Below are positions 1 through 11,242 of a DNA stretch of 64,000 nt, piece by piece. Positions within the stretch are counted from its first letter, which is position 1; each line of letters starts with the position of its first letter. The notes under the pieces were generated by a model. It saw only the letters and a list, made by a program, of their open reading frames with translations. It ran no database searches and was not told the DNA's origin. The DNA comes from an uncultured Methylomirabilota bacterium (GTDB lineage Bacteria > Methylomirabilota > Methylomirabilia > Methylomirabilales > 2-02-FULL-66-22), in assembly GCA_963845565.1 (NCBI GenBank), contig CAWJSJ010000004.1, positions 160,001 to 224,000 on the forward strand, read 5' to 3'. A program made the translations under genes and the position numbers.

Positions 1-414
1 AATCTGGCCACCGGGGTGAGCACCAGCGGCTGGTCCTGGAAGTACCCCGGCCGGTTGGGCGACTCGCCCGTGGTCGGGGCGGGGAACTACGCCGACAATC
101 GGTTTGGCGCCGCAGCGTGCACGGGGCGGGGCGAAATGGCCATGCGACTCTGCACGGCACACAGCGTGGTGACCTACCTGAAAATGGGGATGACACTGGA
201 GGCGGCCGGCCGCGAGGCCGTGGCGGATCTGGCGTATCTGGTGGATCCGTACTTCGGCCGGGTGAGCCTGATCGCCATGGACGCGCGGGGCAACCACGCG
301 GGGTTCTCCAACGCCCCCGATCAGACCTACCTGTACCTGACGGATGACCTGACGACATGCGTCGAGGCGCCGCGGATCCACGTGGAGACCGGAGAGATGG
401 GCCGGCGGGCCTGA
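1..414 (+). CDS. Asparaginase-2 family (isoaspartyl peptidase / glycosylasparaginase), 5' partial
   Basis: [22 protein letters not shown] and TGRGE motifs of the Ntn-hydrolase beta subunit; frame is open from base 1. Confidence 0.85.
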   Translation, partial: NLATGVSTSGWSWKYPGRLGDSPVVGAGNYADNRFGAAACTGRGEMAMRLCTAHSVVTYLKMGMTLEAAGREAVADLAYLVDPYFGRVSLIAMDARGNHAGFSNAPDQTYLYLTDDLTTCVEAPRIHVETGEMGRRA

Positions 415-447
415 GGGGCTGTCGGCGTGTACCAAGAGGAGGCGTCA

Positions 448-1596
448 ATGGAGCAACTCGGCGGGCTGTTCGACCACTTGAAGATGCTGACGGCGCTTCC
501 GGCCACCAGCGGATTCGAGCAAGGGATCGCGCGACGACTCCTGGAGGAGATGCGCCCCCTGGCGGACCGGGTCGAGGTGGATCCCTTCGGGAACGTGTAC
601 GGCACGATCGAGGGTTCCGGGGGCCCTCGCGTCTTGCTGCCTGCCCACAGCGATTCGGTGGGGATGATCGTTTCCCACATCGAGGAGAACGGGTATCTCC
701 GGTTCGACGTCGTGGGGTCCGTCCCGGCGAATCTTACCTACGCGCAGCGAGTCCTGATCTGCACGCCCCAGGGATTGCGCACGGGGGTGGTGGGATCGAA
801 GCCGGGCCACATCGCCTTCCGCCTGGAACCGGATCTGGGAACGACAATCCCGCCGGTGGATGCGCTCTTCATCGACGTGGGGGCGTCATCCAGGCGCGAG
901 GTCCAGCGGCTGGGGATCGAGCCGGGGCAGCAGGTGACCTGGGACCGGGACCTCGCTTGGCTGGGCGACCCCTCGACGGGCCTCGTCACGGGGCGGTCGC
1001 TGGACGACAAAGTCGGATGTCTGGCCTTGCTGGAGGCGATGCGCCAGTTGCGCGACTCCGGCCAGCGGCCCTACGTCACGGCGATCTTCGTCGCCGCCGT
1101 GCAAGAGGAGGTGGGCCTGCGCGGGGCGACCCAGGCCGCCGGCCGGATCCGACCGGATCTCTGCATCGGGATCGACGCCACCGTGTCCCAGGCGGGTTTC
1201 GGAAGCGGACTCGGCGTCCACCCCGGCACGGCCTTTTCCGAAGCCGCGAACAGCCTCGGGGCCGGTCCGGGCCTCTCGGTGATGGACCGGGGAGCCTCGG
1301 TTCCATATGGCCTCTTCGGCCATCCGGCCCTGATCGCGCTCTTCCGCGAGGTCGCCGCGCGGAAGAAGATCCCGTACCAGATCGAAGGCAGCATGCCGAT
1401 CATCACCTCGGACGCGGCCGCGGTCCAGTTCGCCGGGGCGGGCGTGCCGTCCCTCACCATCAAGATACCCTCACGCTACACCCACGGGCCCGTCGAGGTG
1501 TGCTCGCTGGCGGATGTGGCCGCGACGGCGGATCTGGTGGCGGGGGCATTGCGCGCGATCGGGCCGGACAGCCGATTCCAGTTCGTGGACGCCTGA
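448..1596 (+). CDS. M42 family metallopeptidase (FrvX/TET-like aminopeptidase)
   Basis: [27 protein letters not shown] and RYTH metal-ligand motifs; GAGGAGG RBS before ATG 448. Confidence 0.9.
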   Translation: MEQLGGLFDHLKMLTALPATSGFEQGIARRLLEEMRPLADRVEVDPFGNVYGTIEGSGGPRVLLPAHSDSVGMIVSHIEENGYLRFDVVGSVPANLTYAQRVLICTPQGLRTGVVGSKPGHIAFRLEPDLGTTIPPVDALFIDVGASSRREVQRLGIEPGQQVTWDRDLAWLGDPSTGLVTGRSLDDKVGCLALLEAMRQLRDSGQRPYVTAIFVAAVQEEVGLRGATQAAGRIRPDLCIGIDATVSQAGFGSGLGVHPGTAFSEAANSLGAGPGLSVMDRGASVPYGLFGHPALIALFREVAARKKIPYQIEGSMPIITSDAAAVQFAGAGVPSLTIKIPSRYTHGPVEVCSLADVAATADLVAGALRAIGPDSRFQFVDA

Positions 1597-1646
1597 AACA
1601 GGCGCACATTGGCAGAACGGCCCCGCCCATGACGAAGGAGCCTGTA

Positions 1647-2078
1647 ATGCTCAAGGGAATCTCGCCGCTCGTCGGCCCCGACCTGCTGGCGCTCCTGTGT
1701 CGCATGGGGCACGGGGACGAGATCGTCCTAGCCGATGCCCACTTCCCGGGGGAAAGCGTCGGCCGGCGGGTCGTGCGTGCGGATGGATTGCGGATCGCGG
1801 ATCTTCTGGATGCGGTCCTTCCGCTCCTGGAATTGGACAGCAAGGGGGGAAGTCCGACGGTCATGATGGCGTCCGATGGGAAGGATACTCTCGACCCGAC
1901 GGTGGAGGATTCGTACCGCCGGGTGATCCTCCGGCACTGCCCTGGCGCACCGCCCATCGCGCGAGACGAGCGGTTCGCTTTCTACGAGCGAGCCCGGAAG
2001 GCGTTTGCCGTCGTGATGACCGGCGAGACTGCGAAGTACGGGAACATCATCCTGCGGAAAGGCGTGACCCCCTGCTAG
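1647..2078 (+). CDS. fucU: RbsD/FucU family L-fucose mutarotase
   Basis: [32 protein letters not shown] and [25 protein letters not shown]. Confidence 0.9.
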   Translation: MLKGISPLVGPDLLALLCRMGHGDEIVLADAHFPGESVGRRVVRADGLRIADLLDAVLPLLELDSKGGSPTVMMASDGKDTLDPTVEDSYRRVILRHCPGAPPIARDERFAFYERARKAFAVVMTGETAKYGNIILRKGVTPC

Positions 2079-2174
2079 TGTCCTGAGTTAGAAGTTCGCC
2101 AACATATTTCAAGGCCAGAGGGCGATCCCGAGGGTCGGTGGAATTGTTCGCGAACTTCTGATTCGAGATACTAG
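2075..2174. mobile_element. 100-bp MITE-like element with 25-bp imperfect terminal inverted repeats, CTAG at both ends
   Basis: Left CTAGTGTCCTGAGTTAGAAGTTCGC versus reverse complement of right end CTAGTATCTCGAATCAGAAGTTCGC. Confidence 0.7.
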
Positions 2175-2353
2175 AGCTTAGCCGGGTGGCACAGGCTGCT
2201 GGCCTTGGCGGCCGCGCGCCCGCACTCCTTGCAGATGTACTTGGCATCCTTGACCAGCGGCCGCAGTTCCTTCACGTCCACGCGGCAGCAACAGCAGGCC
2301 AGCGCGCACAGCTTGTTCTCGTGCCAACCCGACATCTTTGTCTTTGCCGCCAT
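2171..2353 (-). CDS. Small cysteine-rich, putative metal-binding protein (60 aa)
   Basis: GGAGG RBS; KLCALACCCC...YICKECGRAA...LCHP. Confidence 0.7.
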   Translation of the reverse strand: MAAKTKMSGWHENKLCALACCCCRVDVKELRPLVKDAKYICKECGRAAAKASSLCHPAKL

Positions 2354-2454
2354 TCCCAGCCTCCTCTCTGTGCATCCATGCGTCCCGGTGCCGGGAGTGC
2401 GCATGGACCGTTGGTAAGTGTGTCAACACCTTCCGCGAGCCACCCACACCGGCC

Positions 2455-3747
2455 TTACCGACCCAGGATGGCGCCGGGGAGCCAGACGGAAAGGCCGGGG
2501 AAGAGGACGATGATCGTCAGGGTGATGGCCAGGGGGACGTACCAGGGGAGCATGGCGACGGAGAGACGCTCCAGGGACAGCCCGGTCACCCGGTTCAGCG
2601 TGTAGAGGACCGAGCCCACCGGCGGAGTCACGAGGCCGATCATCAGGTTGAAGACCATGATGACGCCGAAGTGGATGGGATCGATCCCGAACTGCTTCAC
2701 CATCGGCATGAGCACGGGCACCAGGATGAAGAGGGCCGGCGTCGCGTCGATGAAGCAGCCCACGACCAGCAGGAAGATGTTAATGAGCAGCAGGAATGCC
2801 AACTGCGAGCTGACCACGCTCCCTATCCACTCCACGAGGAGGCTGGAGATCTGATAGCGGGCCAGGACCCAGCCGTAGATGGAGCTGGCCGCCACGATGA
2901 GCAGGATGATCGAGGTATCCAGCATGGAGTCCCGCAGGACCCGGCGCAGGCTCTGCCAGGTCAGGGTCCGGTAGACGAGCCCCATGAAGAGGGCATAGCA
3001 GACCGCAATGGCGGCCGCCTCGGTGGGGGTGAAGACGCCGGAGACGATCCCCCCGATCAGGAGAGCCGGAGCCAGGAGCGGCAAGGAGCCCCGCTTGAGC
3101 GCGGCCCCCATCTCGCGCCAGGTGGCGCGCGGCTTGGCCTGCCAGCCGTACCAGGGGGCCATGGCCACCAGGAGCCCCATCATCATCAGGCCCATGAGGA
3201 TACCGGGGAAGAGCCCCGCGACGAGAAGCTTGGCCACCGACTCTCCCGCCATGGCCCCGTAGATCACCATGGGGATGCTGGGGGGAATGATGGGGCCGAT
3301 GGTCGCCGAGGCGGCCGTCACGGCGGTGCTGAACTCCAGGCTATAGCCCTCGTCCACCATCGCCTTGATCTCCATGTTTCCCAGCCCGCCGGCATCCGCC
3401 ACGGCCGAGCCGGACATGCCCGCGAAGATCATGCTCCCCAGCACGTTGACGTGGCCGAGTCCCCCCCGGAAATGGCCCACCAGGCACTTGGCGAACTCGA
3501 AGATCCGGTCGGTGATCTGCGCTTCGTTGCACAGCCGTCCCGCCAGGATGAAGAAGGGAATGGCGAGCAGGGTGAAGTTCGTCACCCCATACATGACCCG
3601 CTGCGCCAGGATGTCCCAGGGGATATCCAGGAATCCCCGCAGGAGGCCCAGGGTGACGACGCTCGTGAGCCCCATGCCCAGGGCCACCGGAAACCCGAGG
3701 AGAATCAGCAGCAACAGAAGCCCCATCATCACACATACGATGAACAT
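2455..3747 (-). CDS. dctM: TRAP transporter large permease
   Basis: LLAIPFFILAG, FAGMSGSAVADA, GPIIPPSIP, FTPTEAA and GLVTPPVG motifs. Confidence 0.95.
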   Translation of the reverse strand: MFIVCVMMGLLLLLILLGFPVALGMGLTSVVTLGLLRGFLDIPWDILAQRVMYGVTNFTLLAIPFFILAGRLCNEAQITDRIFEFAKCLVGHFRGGLGHVNVLGSMIFAGMSGSAVADAGGLGNMEIKAMVDEGYSLEFSTAVTAASATIGPIIPPSIPMVIYGAMAGESVAKLLVAGLFPGILMGLMMMGLLVAMAPWYGWQAKPRATWREMGAALKRGSLPLLAPALLIGGIVSGVFTPTEAAAIAVCYALFMGLVYRTLTWQSLRRVLRDSMLDTSIILLIVAASSIYGWVLARYQISSLLVEWIGSVVSSQLAFLLLINIFLLVVGCFIDATPALFILVPVLMPMVKQFGIDPIHFGVIMVFNLMIGLVTPPVGSVLYTLNRVTGLSLERLSVAMLPWYVPLAITLTIIVLFPGLSVWLPGAILGR

Positions 3748-3756
3748 GCGGTCTCC

Positions 3757-4240
3757 TCAGGCTTTCGGAGAGTGCAGGAGCGCTCGCCAGTTTCGGCCGA
3801 GATTCCTCAGGGTGAGGAGGACCAGCAGCGCGAAGCAGACGGGGACGGCGGCATAGACGTAGCTCATGCTCATGCGGAAGCTGCCTGCCTCCACGGCGGA
3901 GACGGTCCACATCATGACGGCACCCCCGTAGGCGATGCCTCCGAAGAAGATCACCCCTCCGACTGCGATGATGCATTCCACGGCGGCCTTGAGTCGACCT
4001 GGGAGACGCTCCAAGATGAGCGTGGTCCGCAGGTCCAGACCCTCTCGGGCCGCGATGATGCATCCGAGGAAGATCGCGTAAGCGGAAAACCACCGAGCCG
4101 CCTCTTCGGTCCACGGAACCGACACCTCTAGGACATAGCGGAAGAAGACCTGCGCCGTCACCAGGACGAGCATGCAGATGAACGTGAACAGCGCAAGGCG
4201 CTCCACCGTCCTCCAGAACCATCCGAGGAATCTGCTGCAT
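3757..4240 (-). CDS. dctQ: TRAP transporter small permease; the likely ATG at 4240 is 1 nt out of frame
   Basis: QVFFRYVL and PWTEEAAR motifs; lies between dctP and dctM; start uncertain. Confidence 0.85.
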
Positions 4241-4359
4241 TGGCCTACCTTCGCACGGCGCGCCCCCCGGCCCGCAGTCGCGAACGGCTGCGCGCCGGCC
4301 GAGGGCCACCGTAAGCGCGCGGAGCCCCGATCCAGCCGGAGCCCCACGCGGCGGTCGAC

Positions 4360-5358
4360 TTACTTCCCGACGATCTGCTGCAACAGCCCCTTGACCTCGG
4401 GCGCCCACAACTGGTCGGCGATCCGATCGATGGCCGGGCGCGCCGCGGCGATGAACTTCTGCTTGTCCACCTCCATGAACTTCACGCCATGGTTCTTCTC
4501 CATGGTCGCGCGAAGCCCGTTCGCCTTCTCCACCTGCTGGCTGCTGCCCCAGGCGGTGGCCCCCTTGATCGCGTCCACGACGATCTTCTGGTTAGCGGGG
4601 GTGAGGCCCTGGTAGAACTTCTCGTTCACGACCCAGTGGAAGTAGCTCGAGATATGCTCGGTCATCATCACGAACTTCTGCACCTCGTAGAGCTTCCCCT
4701 CGAAGATCTGCAGGACCGGGTTCTCCTGGCCGTTCACCACACCGGTCTGCAGGGCAGTGAAGACCTCGGGCCAGGCCACCGGGGTCGGCAGGGCGCCGAT
4801 CTCTTTCCAGACGTCCACCCAGGTCTTGATCTCGGGCACGCGCAGCTTCAGCCCCTTCACGTCCGCCGGGGTCGTGATGGGCTTGTTGGCGGTCAGCAGC
4901 CGGGCGCCGCGCCGGGAGATGCCGACGATGCGCTGGTTGCCGTTCTTAATCATCGCCTCGTTGAGCTTCTCGCCGATCGGGCCGTTGTAGGCCTTGTCCA
5001 CCCCCTCGTAGCCGGGGAAGACGAAGGGCACGGTCATGACGGCGTACTTCGCCCCGTAGGTCGAGACCCCCATGTCGCCGGCCTGGAAGATCTGGAACTC
5101 GTTCCGGCTCGTCGCCTCCATGATGTCCCGCTCGCCGCCGACCTCGGGCCCGAGGAGCCGCACGGCCATCTCGCCGTTGCTGTTCTTCTCCAGGCTCTCC
5201 TTGATCCGGTTGGCGATCCCCCAGACGATCTCTTCGGTGCGGGCGTTGTGCATGACCACGGTGACGTTCATCGGGGTGCCCGCCAGCACCGGTGGCGCGA
5301 TCGCGACCACGCCGACAAGAAAACCAAGCGATAGCAGCACGGCAACAGTTCGCTTCAT
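4360..5358 (-). CDS. dctP: TRAP transporter substrate-binding protein
   Basis: Signal peptide; KGLKLRVP and EVFTALQTGVVNGQENP; AGGAGG RBS. Confidence 0.95.
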   Translation of the reverse strand: MKRTVAVLLSLGFLVGVVAIAPPVLAGTPMNVTVVMHNARTEEIVWGIANRIKESLEKNSNGEMAVRLLGPEVGGERDIMEATSRNEFQIFQAGDMGVSTYGAKYAVMTVPFVFPGYEGVDKAYNGPIGEKLNEAMIKNGNQRIVGISRRGARLLTANKPITTPADVKGLKLRVPEIKTWVDVWKEIGALPTPVAWPEVFTALQTGVVNGQENPVLQIFEGKLYEVQKFVMMTEHISSYFHWVVNEKFYQGLTPANQKIVVDAIKGATAWGSSQQVEKANGLRATMEKNHGVKFMEVDKQKFIAAARPAIDRIADQLWAPEVKGLLQQIVGK

Positions 5359-5791
5359 GGTTGACCCTCCTTCTGCGTGTTGGCCAAACCGGTGAAAGCA
5401 CACGGCTCGTGTGGCGCGAAATACGCGTCGCACAAAGCCTCACCATACCCAAACGTCGGATGGCGTCGAGGACGGACCTTATCCGCAAGGAAGTTCGCCT
5501 GTCAAGCCGAAACGCGAATCTGCCTACCCTGCGTGCGTCATTGGACCACGCCGCACGCGGAGCCAGCGAGGCGGCGAGTGCTTTGCATCACCGTGTTGTG
5601 CTGACCGGTCGGGGATGGAAGGGCGTTCGGCCGGCGCGACAGGCAATCCGATGCACCGCGGGGCCCGCAGCCGCGACGTGCCCGGGCGCGTACCAACATC
5701 CCTCGGCCGGCCCGTTCTCTGGGGGGCTATACCGTTCTGTCTCGGAGCGCGGGGTCTCCTCGATCCAGCAGGTGGGGCGGGTCCGATTCGG

Positions 5792-6193
5792 TCACGAGTG
5801 GGCGTAGACGGGTATGGGAAAAGGCCCCACGGGCGCGTCCGCGACGTTCTCCCCGTTGCCTTCGGCGGCACGGCCGGCGGTTGGGGTCGAATGCTCCAGC
5901 ATGCCCACCACCCGTTCGACCAGTTCGGTGGCGGTATTCTCTTTGAGAAAGATCCCGTCCTTGGCGACGATCCGCATCTGGGTGATCGTCGTCCCGCCCC
6001 CCTCCAGTTCGACATAGACCTGACGGTCCTTGGCGCTGCCGAAGAGGGCGTCGAACGCCCCGTCCCCTTGGGGCCGGCGCGGTCGCACCTTGAGGCCCAT
6101 ATGCTGCAGCAAGAGCGCAGTGGCCTCGCGCGCTCGGGAGAGAGGTACGGGCAGGATTCTGTACGTCACGGCCAAAGTTCTGAGCTTCGACAT
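5792..6193 (-). CDS. Hypothetical protein, DUF3568-like; paralog of 6949-7311
   Basis: Colinear similarity to the neighbouring ORF (LAVTYR/LALTYK, YVELE, AKDGIF/AKEGVF, ATEL). Confidence 0.6.
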   Translation of the reverse strand: MSKLRTLAVTYRILPVPLSRAREATALLLQHMGLKVRPRRPQGDGAFDALFGSAKDRQVYVELEGGGTTITQMRIVAKDGIFLKENTATELVERVVGMLEHSTPTAGRAAEGNGENVADAPVGPFPIPVYAHS

Positions 6194-6948
6194 GATCGCC
6201 CTCGGATTCCGCCTGTCGGCTATCGCGAACGGCGTGAGGTCACAGGGCCAGCGCGGCGTTCGGTTCCATTACGGCACTTTGCTCAGAAGCAACCTTTGTG
6301 CCTGCAGGCCCACTTCGTGGGATCGGACCGGTGATGACAGCGCTTCGCAAGCACTCGCGCGGGCCTTCGAGTGGTGAAGAGGCAATGGTCCGATCGTGCG
6401 AAGCGTCTGACGTGCGTTCGAGCGGGTGCGCACTTGTCGGCAAGCCTCCTTCGCCGACTCATTTCAAACACGTATTTTCAATTGGTTACCGAGATACCTG
6501 GGGTGGGCCGTGCCGATGGAATTCCGTCTTGATAGGTTGACCCCACGGTACCTACCCAGGTGCTATGCGGGCCCCTCTCACGAGCGCACCCTTGCGGGGA
6601 GCGTCCGCAGGGGGGCGCATGAGGCGCCAAGACATTCCCCACCTGACGTCCGGGGTGCTCGGCATCAGGCTTTCGGGTCAGAAAGTGATAAGTGTGCCTT
6701 ACACACACGAACCCCTCCCATGCCGGTCGTGTTCGTATTCTTGGATCGGTCTTTCGAGAAAAGCATGGAGAATCGAATGGTTGCGAACGTTCACGACTAA
6801 TGGATCGGTGGGATTATGGGAAAGTCGGAATACCTCTCGATATTTGCCAATCGGCAGGATGGCTTGAACAGCCTGGTGTGGAGAAAAGAGAGCGGCGGAT
6901 GGGTCGAGCAGCGCCGGTGGGCCATCCGAGGAAACGGCGCCGCCGTAA

Positions 6949-7311
6949 TCACACGGCGAGGGCGGGAATGGCGTTTCCGGTCGCGGGTAGCCCGGTTAGG
7001 GGGACTCTTCCTTGCTCCAGAAGGTACGCCACGCGCCTGATGAGTTCGGTTGCCGCATTGTCGGCGAAGAAGACACCCTCTTTGGCGAGAACCCGCGCCC
7101 GCGTGGCCTCGGTCCCATTGGTTTCGAGTTCGACGTACAGTTTTCGCCGCCAGCCGCTGGCCAGAACGCGGGCGCTTCCATCCCGCCGTCTTCCCCTGTG
7201 GAGCACCTTCAGATCCATCTGAGTCAGCACGTCAACGGTGGCCTGATGGACGCGTGAGACCGGGGCGGGAAACGTCTTGTAGGTGAGGGCTAGAATACAC
7301 AACTTCTTCAT
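6949..7311 (-). CDS. Hypothetical protein, DUF3568-like; paralog of 5792-6193
   Basis: YKTFPAPVSRVHQAT...YVELE...RARVLAKEGVFF..AATELI; GGAG RBS. Confidence 0.6.
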   Translation of the reverse strand: MKKLCILALTYKTFPAPVSRVHQATVDVLTQMDLKVLHRGRRRDGSARVLASGWRRKLYVELETNGTEATRARVLAKEGVFFADNAATELIRRVAYLLEQGRVPLTGLPATGNAIPALAV

Positions 7312-7668
7312 CTGCCGCTCCGTATGGCCATCTATCTTTTGTCGTCGTTGTCGTTGTCCTGCGCCATTTCTCTTCGAGGAGCCAGCCGGGATGTTCCTCG
7401 AAGAGGCAACCTTCGTGCCCCTGGTCGGCATGGAGAGGCCGGCATTAAGAGGCCGCGTATTTTCGAGCGGATGCGCCGAAATCCTCCGTCTTGTTGGTGT
7501 TTTCTTTGGGTGGCACTCGAGAAGAAACTACCGTGTAAAAAGCGGCCGAGGGGCACATTGCGCCGACCGCGCGGCCGAAGATGCTTTTTGATTGACGCTC
7601 CCCACCGCGTGTGTTAACAAGCCTCGAGCCCTCCCCGCGTCCCTATGCCGACGACCGGAGGCGATCCG

Positions 7669-9201
7669 ATGCTCGCCAAGGTCCTCTCCAGTGCCGTGCT
7701 CGGTGTCGATGCCTACCTGGTGGCGGTGGAAGTGGACATTGCCCTCGGCCTTCCCACCTTCAATACCGTCGGCTTACCCGACGCAGCGGTCAAGGAGAGC
7801 CGCGACCGCGTCAAGGCTGCGGTCAAGAACTCCGGCTTCGAGTTTCCCGCCAAGCGCATCACGGTGAACCTGGCGCCGGCGGACATCAAGAAAGAAGGCG
7901 CCGCCTTCGACTTGCCCACTGCCGTCGGGATCCTGGCGGCCCAAGAGATCGTCCGCGGAGATCGCCTGGGGCAGTTCGTCATCCTGGGGGAGCTGTCGCT
8001 GGACGGTTCCGTCCGACCCATCCGCGGGGCGCTGTCCATGGCGGTGGCGGCGCGGGAAGCGAATCTGGAGGGCGTCCTCGTTCCGGTCGAGAACGCGCCG
8101 GAGGCGGCGGTGGTGGAGGGGTTGGCGGTGCACGGCGTGGCAAGCCTGCAGCACGCGGTGGCGCTCCTGAACGGCGAACAGGAGTTCACTCCGACCACGG
8201 TGGACCTGGAAGCCACATTCGCCGTGTCGGCGGACTACGGGGTGGACTTCAGCGACGTGAAGGGGCAGGAGCACGCCAAGCGGGCCCTGGAGGTGGCCGC
8301 GGCGGGCGGACACAACATCCTGCTCCTCGGCCCGCCCGGCTCGGGGAAGACGATGCTGGCCCGACGGCTCCCCACGATCCTGCCGACGCTCTCGCTGGAG
8401 GAAGCCATCTCGACCACCAAGATCCACTCCATCTGCGGGCTGCTGTCTGCCGGGCAGGCGCTGCTGGCCACCCGGCCCTTCCGGGCGCCCCACCACACCA
8501 TCTCGGACGCCGGCCTCATCGGCGGGGGCAACATCCCGCGGCCGGGAGAGGTGAGCCTCGCCCACCACGGAGTCCTCTTCCTGGACGAGCTGCCCGAATT
8601 CAAGCGGCACGTTCTGGAGGTCCTGCGGCAACCGCTGGAGGATGGGCAGGTCACCATCGCGCGGGCGCTCTCCTCACTGACGTACCCCGCGCGGTTTATG
8701 CTGGCGGCCGCCATGAATCCCTGCCCGTGCGGCTATGCCACCGACCCCACCAAGGAGTGCTCCTGCACGCCGCTGCAGATCCAGCGCTACCTGGCGCGGA
8801 TCTCGGGGCCTCTGCTGGATCGCATCGACATCCACATCGACGTCCCCCCGCTCAAACATCGGGAACTCGGCGGTGAGCCGTCGGGGGAGCCGTCGACGAC
8901 CATTCGAGAACGCGTCCGGCGGGCTCGCCACCTGCAGCAGGAGCGCTTTCGTCGCAGCAAGGCGTTCTGCAACGCGCACATGAGCACCCGGCAGATCCGG
9001 AAACACTGCCAGGTGGAGGGTGAAGCGAAGAGCCTGCTGGAGATGGCCATGGAGCGATTGGGGCTGTCCGCCCGGGCCTACGACCGGATTCTCAAGGTCG
9101 GCCGCACCATCGCGGACATCGCCGGGGCGGAACACATCCAGCCGGAGCACATTGCCGAAGCGATCCAGTACCGGTCGCTGGACCGCGGCCCACGACGATG
9201 A
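7669..9201 (+). CDS. comM: YifB/ComM Mg-chelatase-like AAA ATPase
   Basis: [47 protein letters not shown] and NPCPCG. Confidence 0.95.
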   Translation: MLAKVLSSAVLGVDAYLVAVEVDIALGLPTFNTVGLPDAAVKESRDRVKAAVKNSGFEFPAKRITVNLAPADIKKEGAAFDLPTAVGILAAQEIVRGDRLGQFVILGELSLDGSVRPIRGALSMAVAAREANLEGVLVPVENAPEAAVVEGLAVHGVASLQHAVALLNGEQEFTPTTVDLEATFAVSADYGVDFSDVKGQEHAKRALEVAAAGGHNILLLGPPGSGKTMLARRLPTILPTLSLEEAISTTKIHSICGLLSAGQALLATRPFRAPHHTISDAGLIGGGNIPRPGEVSLAHHGVLFLDELPEFKRHVLEVLRQPLEDGQVTIARALSSLTYPARFMLAAAMNPCPCGYATDPTKECSCTPLQIQRYLARISGPLLDRIDIHIDVPPLKHRELGGEPSGEPSTTIRERVRRARHLQQERFRRSKAFCNAHMSTRQIRKHCQVEGEAKSLLEMAMERLGLSARAYDRILKVGRTIADIAGAEHIQPEHIAEAIQYRSLDRGPRR

Positions 9202-9313
9202 TCGGGCGGCCGAGGCATGCCGCGAACCGTCGCCGTCTCGGGTCGTGCGGCGCGCCGAGGTCGATTGGCGTCCGGCGTTATGGGGTAGAGGAAGACGAAC
9301 GGGAGACGCGCTG

Positions 9314-9679
9314 ATGGCTTCAGCACCGCTGGCATCGATTCCGCGGGACTATCCGCGCATTATGTCCCAGATTCCCGTCCAGATTCAGGTCGCGCATGCC
9401 TGGGAGACCAGCATGCATGCGTCCATGGCCGCCACCCTCTTCAATGTCAGCCGGGGCGGGGCGGGCGTCTTTCTCCCGTATGTCCTGCCGCCCCGGACGC
9501 GGCTCGCCGTCCTGATCCCGGTCGCGGTGCCCAGCCTGCGAATTCCGGCAGAAGTGGTTTGGACCTCGCGCGCGCCCTGGCGTGGTGGCGGTACTGCGGC
9601 GTACGGGCTGCGATGGATGATCTATCTGTCTCGGGAAAGCCTGGAGGCCATGGTTCCCGGGGGGAGCCTGCCGGCCTGA
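9314..9679 (+). CDS. Stand-alone PilZ domain protein
   Basis: RxxxR (RDYPR) and NxSxxG (NVSRGG) c-di-GMP motifs; AEVVW and YGLRW. Confidence 0.7.
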   Translation: MASAPLASIPRDYPRIMSQIPVQIQVAHAWETSMHASMAATLFNVSRGGAGVFLPYVLPPRTRLAVLIPVAVPSLRIPAEVVWTSRAPWRGGGTAAYGLRWMIYLSRESLEAMVPGGSLPA

Positions 9680-9738
9680 CGGGCGCGAAGCGGGAATTTG
9701 CTTGTCGCCGCCGGCGGATTTGATTAGATTGTCGGGCC

Positions 9739-10245
9739 ATGTCGCCATCGTCCAACAAGAAGCCGGCTCGGGGAGCGGAGAACAAAACCCTCTGCGCCAA
9801 CCGCAAGGCCCGATATGATTATCACATCGAAGAAACCTACGAGGTCGGCATCGCCCTCCTCGGGAGCGAGGTGAAGTCCATCCGGCAGGGGCGCGCCAAC
9901 CTGCGCGACAGCTACGCCGCAGTCGAGCGCGGGGAACTCTTCCTGCACAACTGTCACATCAGTCCCTACGAGCAGGCCGGCCAGTTCGCCCCGGATCCTC
10001 TCCGCTCCCGCAAGCTCCTCATGCACCGCGCCGAGATCCAGCGGCTGGTGGGGAAGGTGGAGCAGAAGGGACTCACCCTCGTGCCCCTGAGCCTCTATCT
10101 GAAAGGCCCGCACGTGAAGGTGAGCTTAGCCCTGGCGCGGGGCAAGCGGGAATACGACCGGCGAGAAGACATCAAGGCGCGCGAGGCGGACCGCGAAGTG
10201 GCCCGGATGTCCCGGGGGCGGGCCAATCGACCGCTCGAATCCTGA
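9739..10245 (+). CDS. smpB: SsrA-binding protein
   Basis: NRKARYDY, GIALLGSEVKSIR, RKLLMHR and ARGKREYDRR. Confidence 0.97.
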   Translation: MSPSSNKKPARGAENKTLCANRKARYDYHIEETYEVGIALLGSEVKSIRQGRANLRDSYAAVERGELFLHNCHISPYEQAGQFAPDPLRSRKLLMHRAEIQRLVGKVEQKGLTLVPLSLYLKGPHVKVSLALARGKREYDRREDIKAREADREVARMSRGRANRPLES

Positions 10246-10264
10246 ACGCCGGCAAGGAGACACG

Positions 10265-11017
10265 ATGAAGATCGCAGCCCATCTCGATCCGGATGTGATG
10301 GCCAGAGCCGCGGCGGACGCTGCGGCGCAGATCCTGCGGGATGCCCTGCAGCGCCAGGGGCGGGCGGCCTTCGTGGCCGCAACAGGCGCCTCCCAGTTCA
10401 ACTTCCTGAAGCACCTGGTGGCCGCGCGGGGCATCGCGTGGGAGCGGACGACGATGTTCCACCTGGACGAGTACATCGGCCTCTCGGCGGAGCATCCGGC
10501 CAGCTTCCGGCGGTACCTGCGCGAGCGACTGACGAGCCAGGTCTCCATCGGGACGGTCTGCTTCGTGGAGGGGGACGCGCCGGACATCGTGGCCGAGCTC
10601 GATCGGCTGAACCGGACCATCGCCGCGGTCCCGATCGATGCCGCCTTCGTGGGGATCGGGGAGAACGGCCACCTGGCCTTCAACGATCCCCCGGCAGATT
10701 TCGCGGTCGAGACGCCCTTCATCCGTGTGACGCTGGATGAGGCCTGCCGCCGTCAGCAGTTCGGGGAGGGGTGGTTCAAGACGCTGGAGGACGTGCCGCG
10801 GGAGGCCATCTCGATGACCGTGCGGCAGATCATGAAGGCGGCCCACATCATCTGCACGGTCCCCGAGAAGCGTAAGGCGCAGGCCGTCAAGGCCTGCCTG
10901 GAAGGAGAGGTCGGGCCCATGTGCCCTGCCTCCATCTTACGGACCCATCCGTCCTGCCGCCTGTTCCTGGATAAGGACTCTGTCAGTTTGCTCAAGCCGG
11001 CCACACTATCGGCGTGA
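10265..11017 (+). CDS. nagB: Glucosamine-6-phosphate deaminase family
   Basis: ATGASQ, FHLDEYIG, GIGENGHLAFNDP and CPASIL. Confidence 0.88.
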   Translation: MKIAAHLDPDVMARAAADAAAQILRDALQRQGRAAFVAATGASQFNFLKHLVAARGIAWERTTMFHLDEYIGLSAEHPASFRRYLRERLTSQVSIGTVCFVEGDAPDIVAELDRLNRTIAAVPIDAAFVGIGENGHLAFNDPPADFAVETPFIRVTLDEACRRQQFGEGWFKTLEDVPREAISMTVRQIMKAAHIICTVPEKRKAQAVKACLEGEVGPMCPASILRTHPSCRLFLDKDSVSLLKPATLSA

Positions 11018-11099
11018 CAGACGAGCCACGAGCCTAGAGCCACGAGCGGCGACCGGAGGGCCGAGAGCGTAGCGGGACGCGGAAGAATTCACGTCTCCT

Positions 11100-11242
11100 C
11101 AGGCTGCTCAAAACGGTCCAGATGCAAGGCGGAAGGCGCAAGGCGGGTCCCGGCCGCAGGCTGGGTCCAGGCGTACTCCAGGTACGCCGCAACGAGTGCC
11201 TCAGCCTTTCAACGCCGCAGATGGGCCGTTTTCAGCAGCCTG
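11100..11242 (+). mobile_element. MITE-like repeat, copy 1 (CAGGCTGCTSAAAA terminal inverted repeats)
   Basis: CAGGCTGCTCAAAACGGTCCAGATGCAAGGCGG...GCAGATGGGCCGTTTTCAGCAGCCTG; related copies at 35850 and 39692. Confidence 0.8.
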
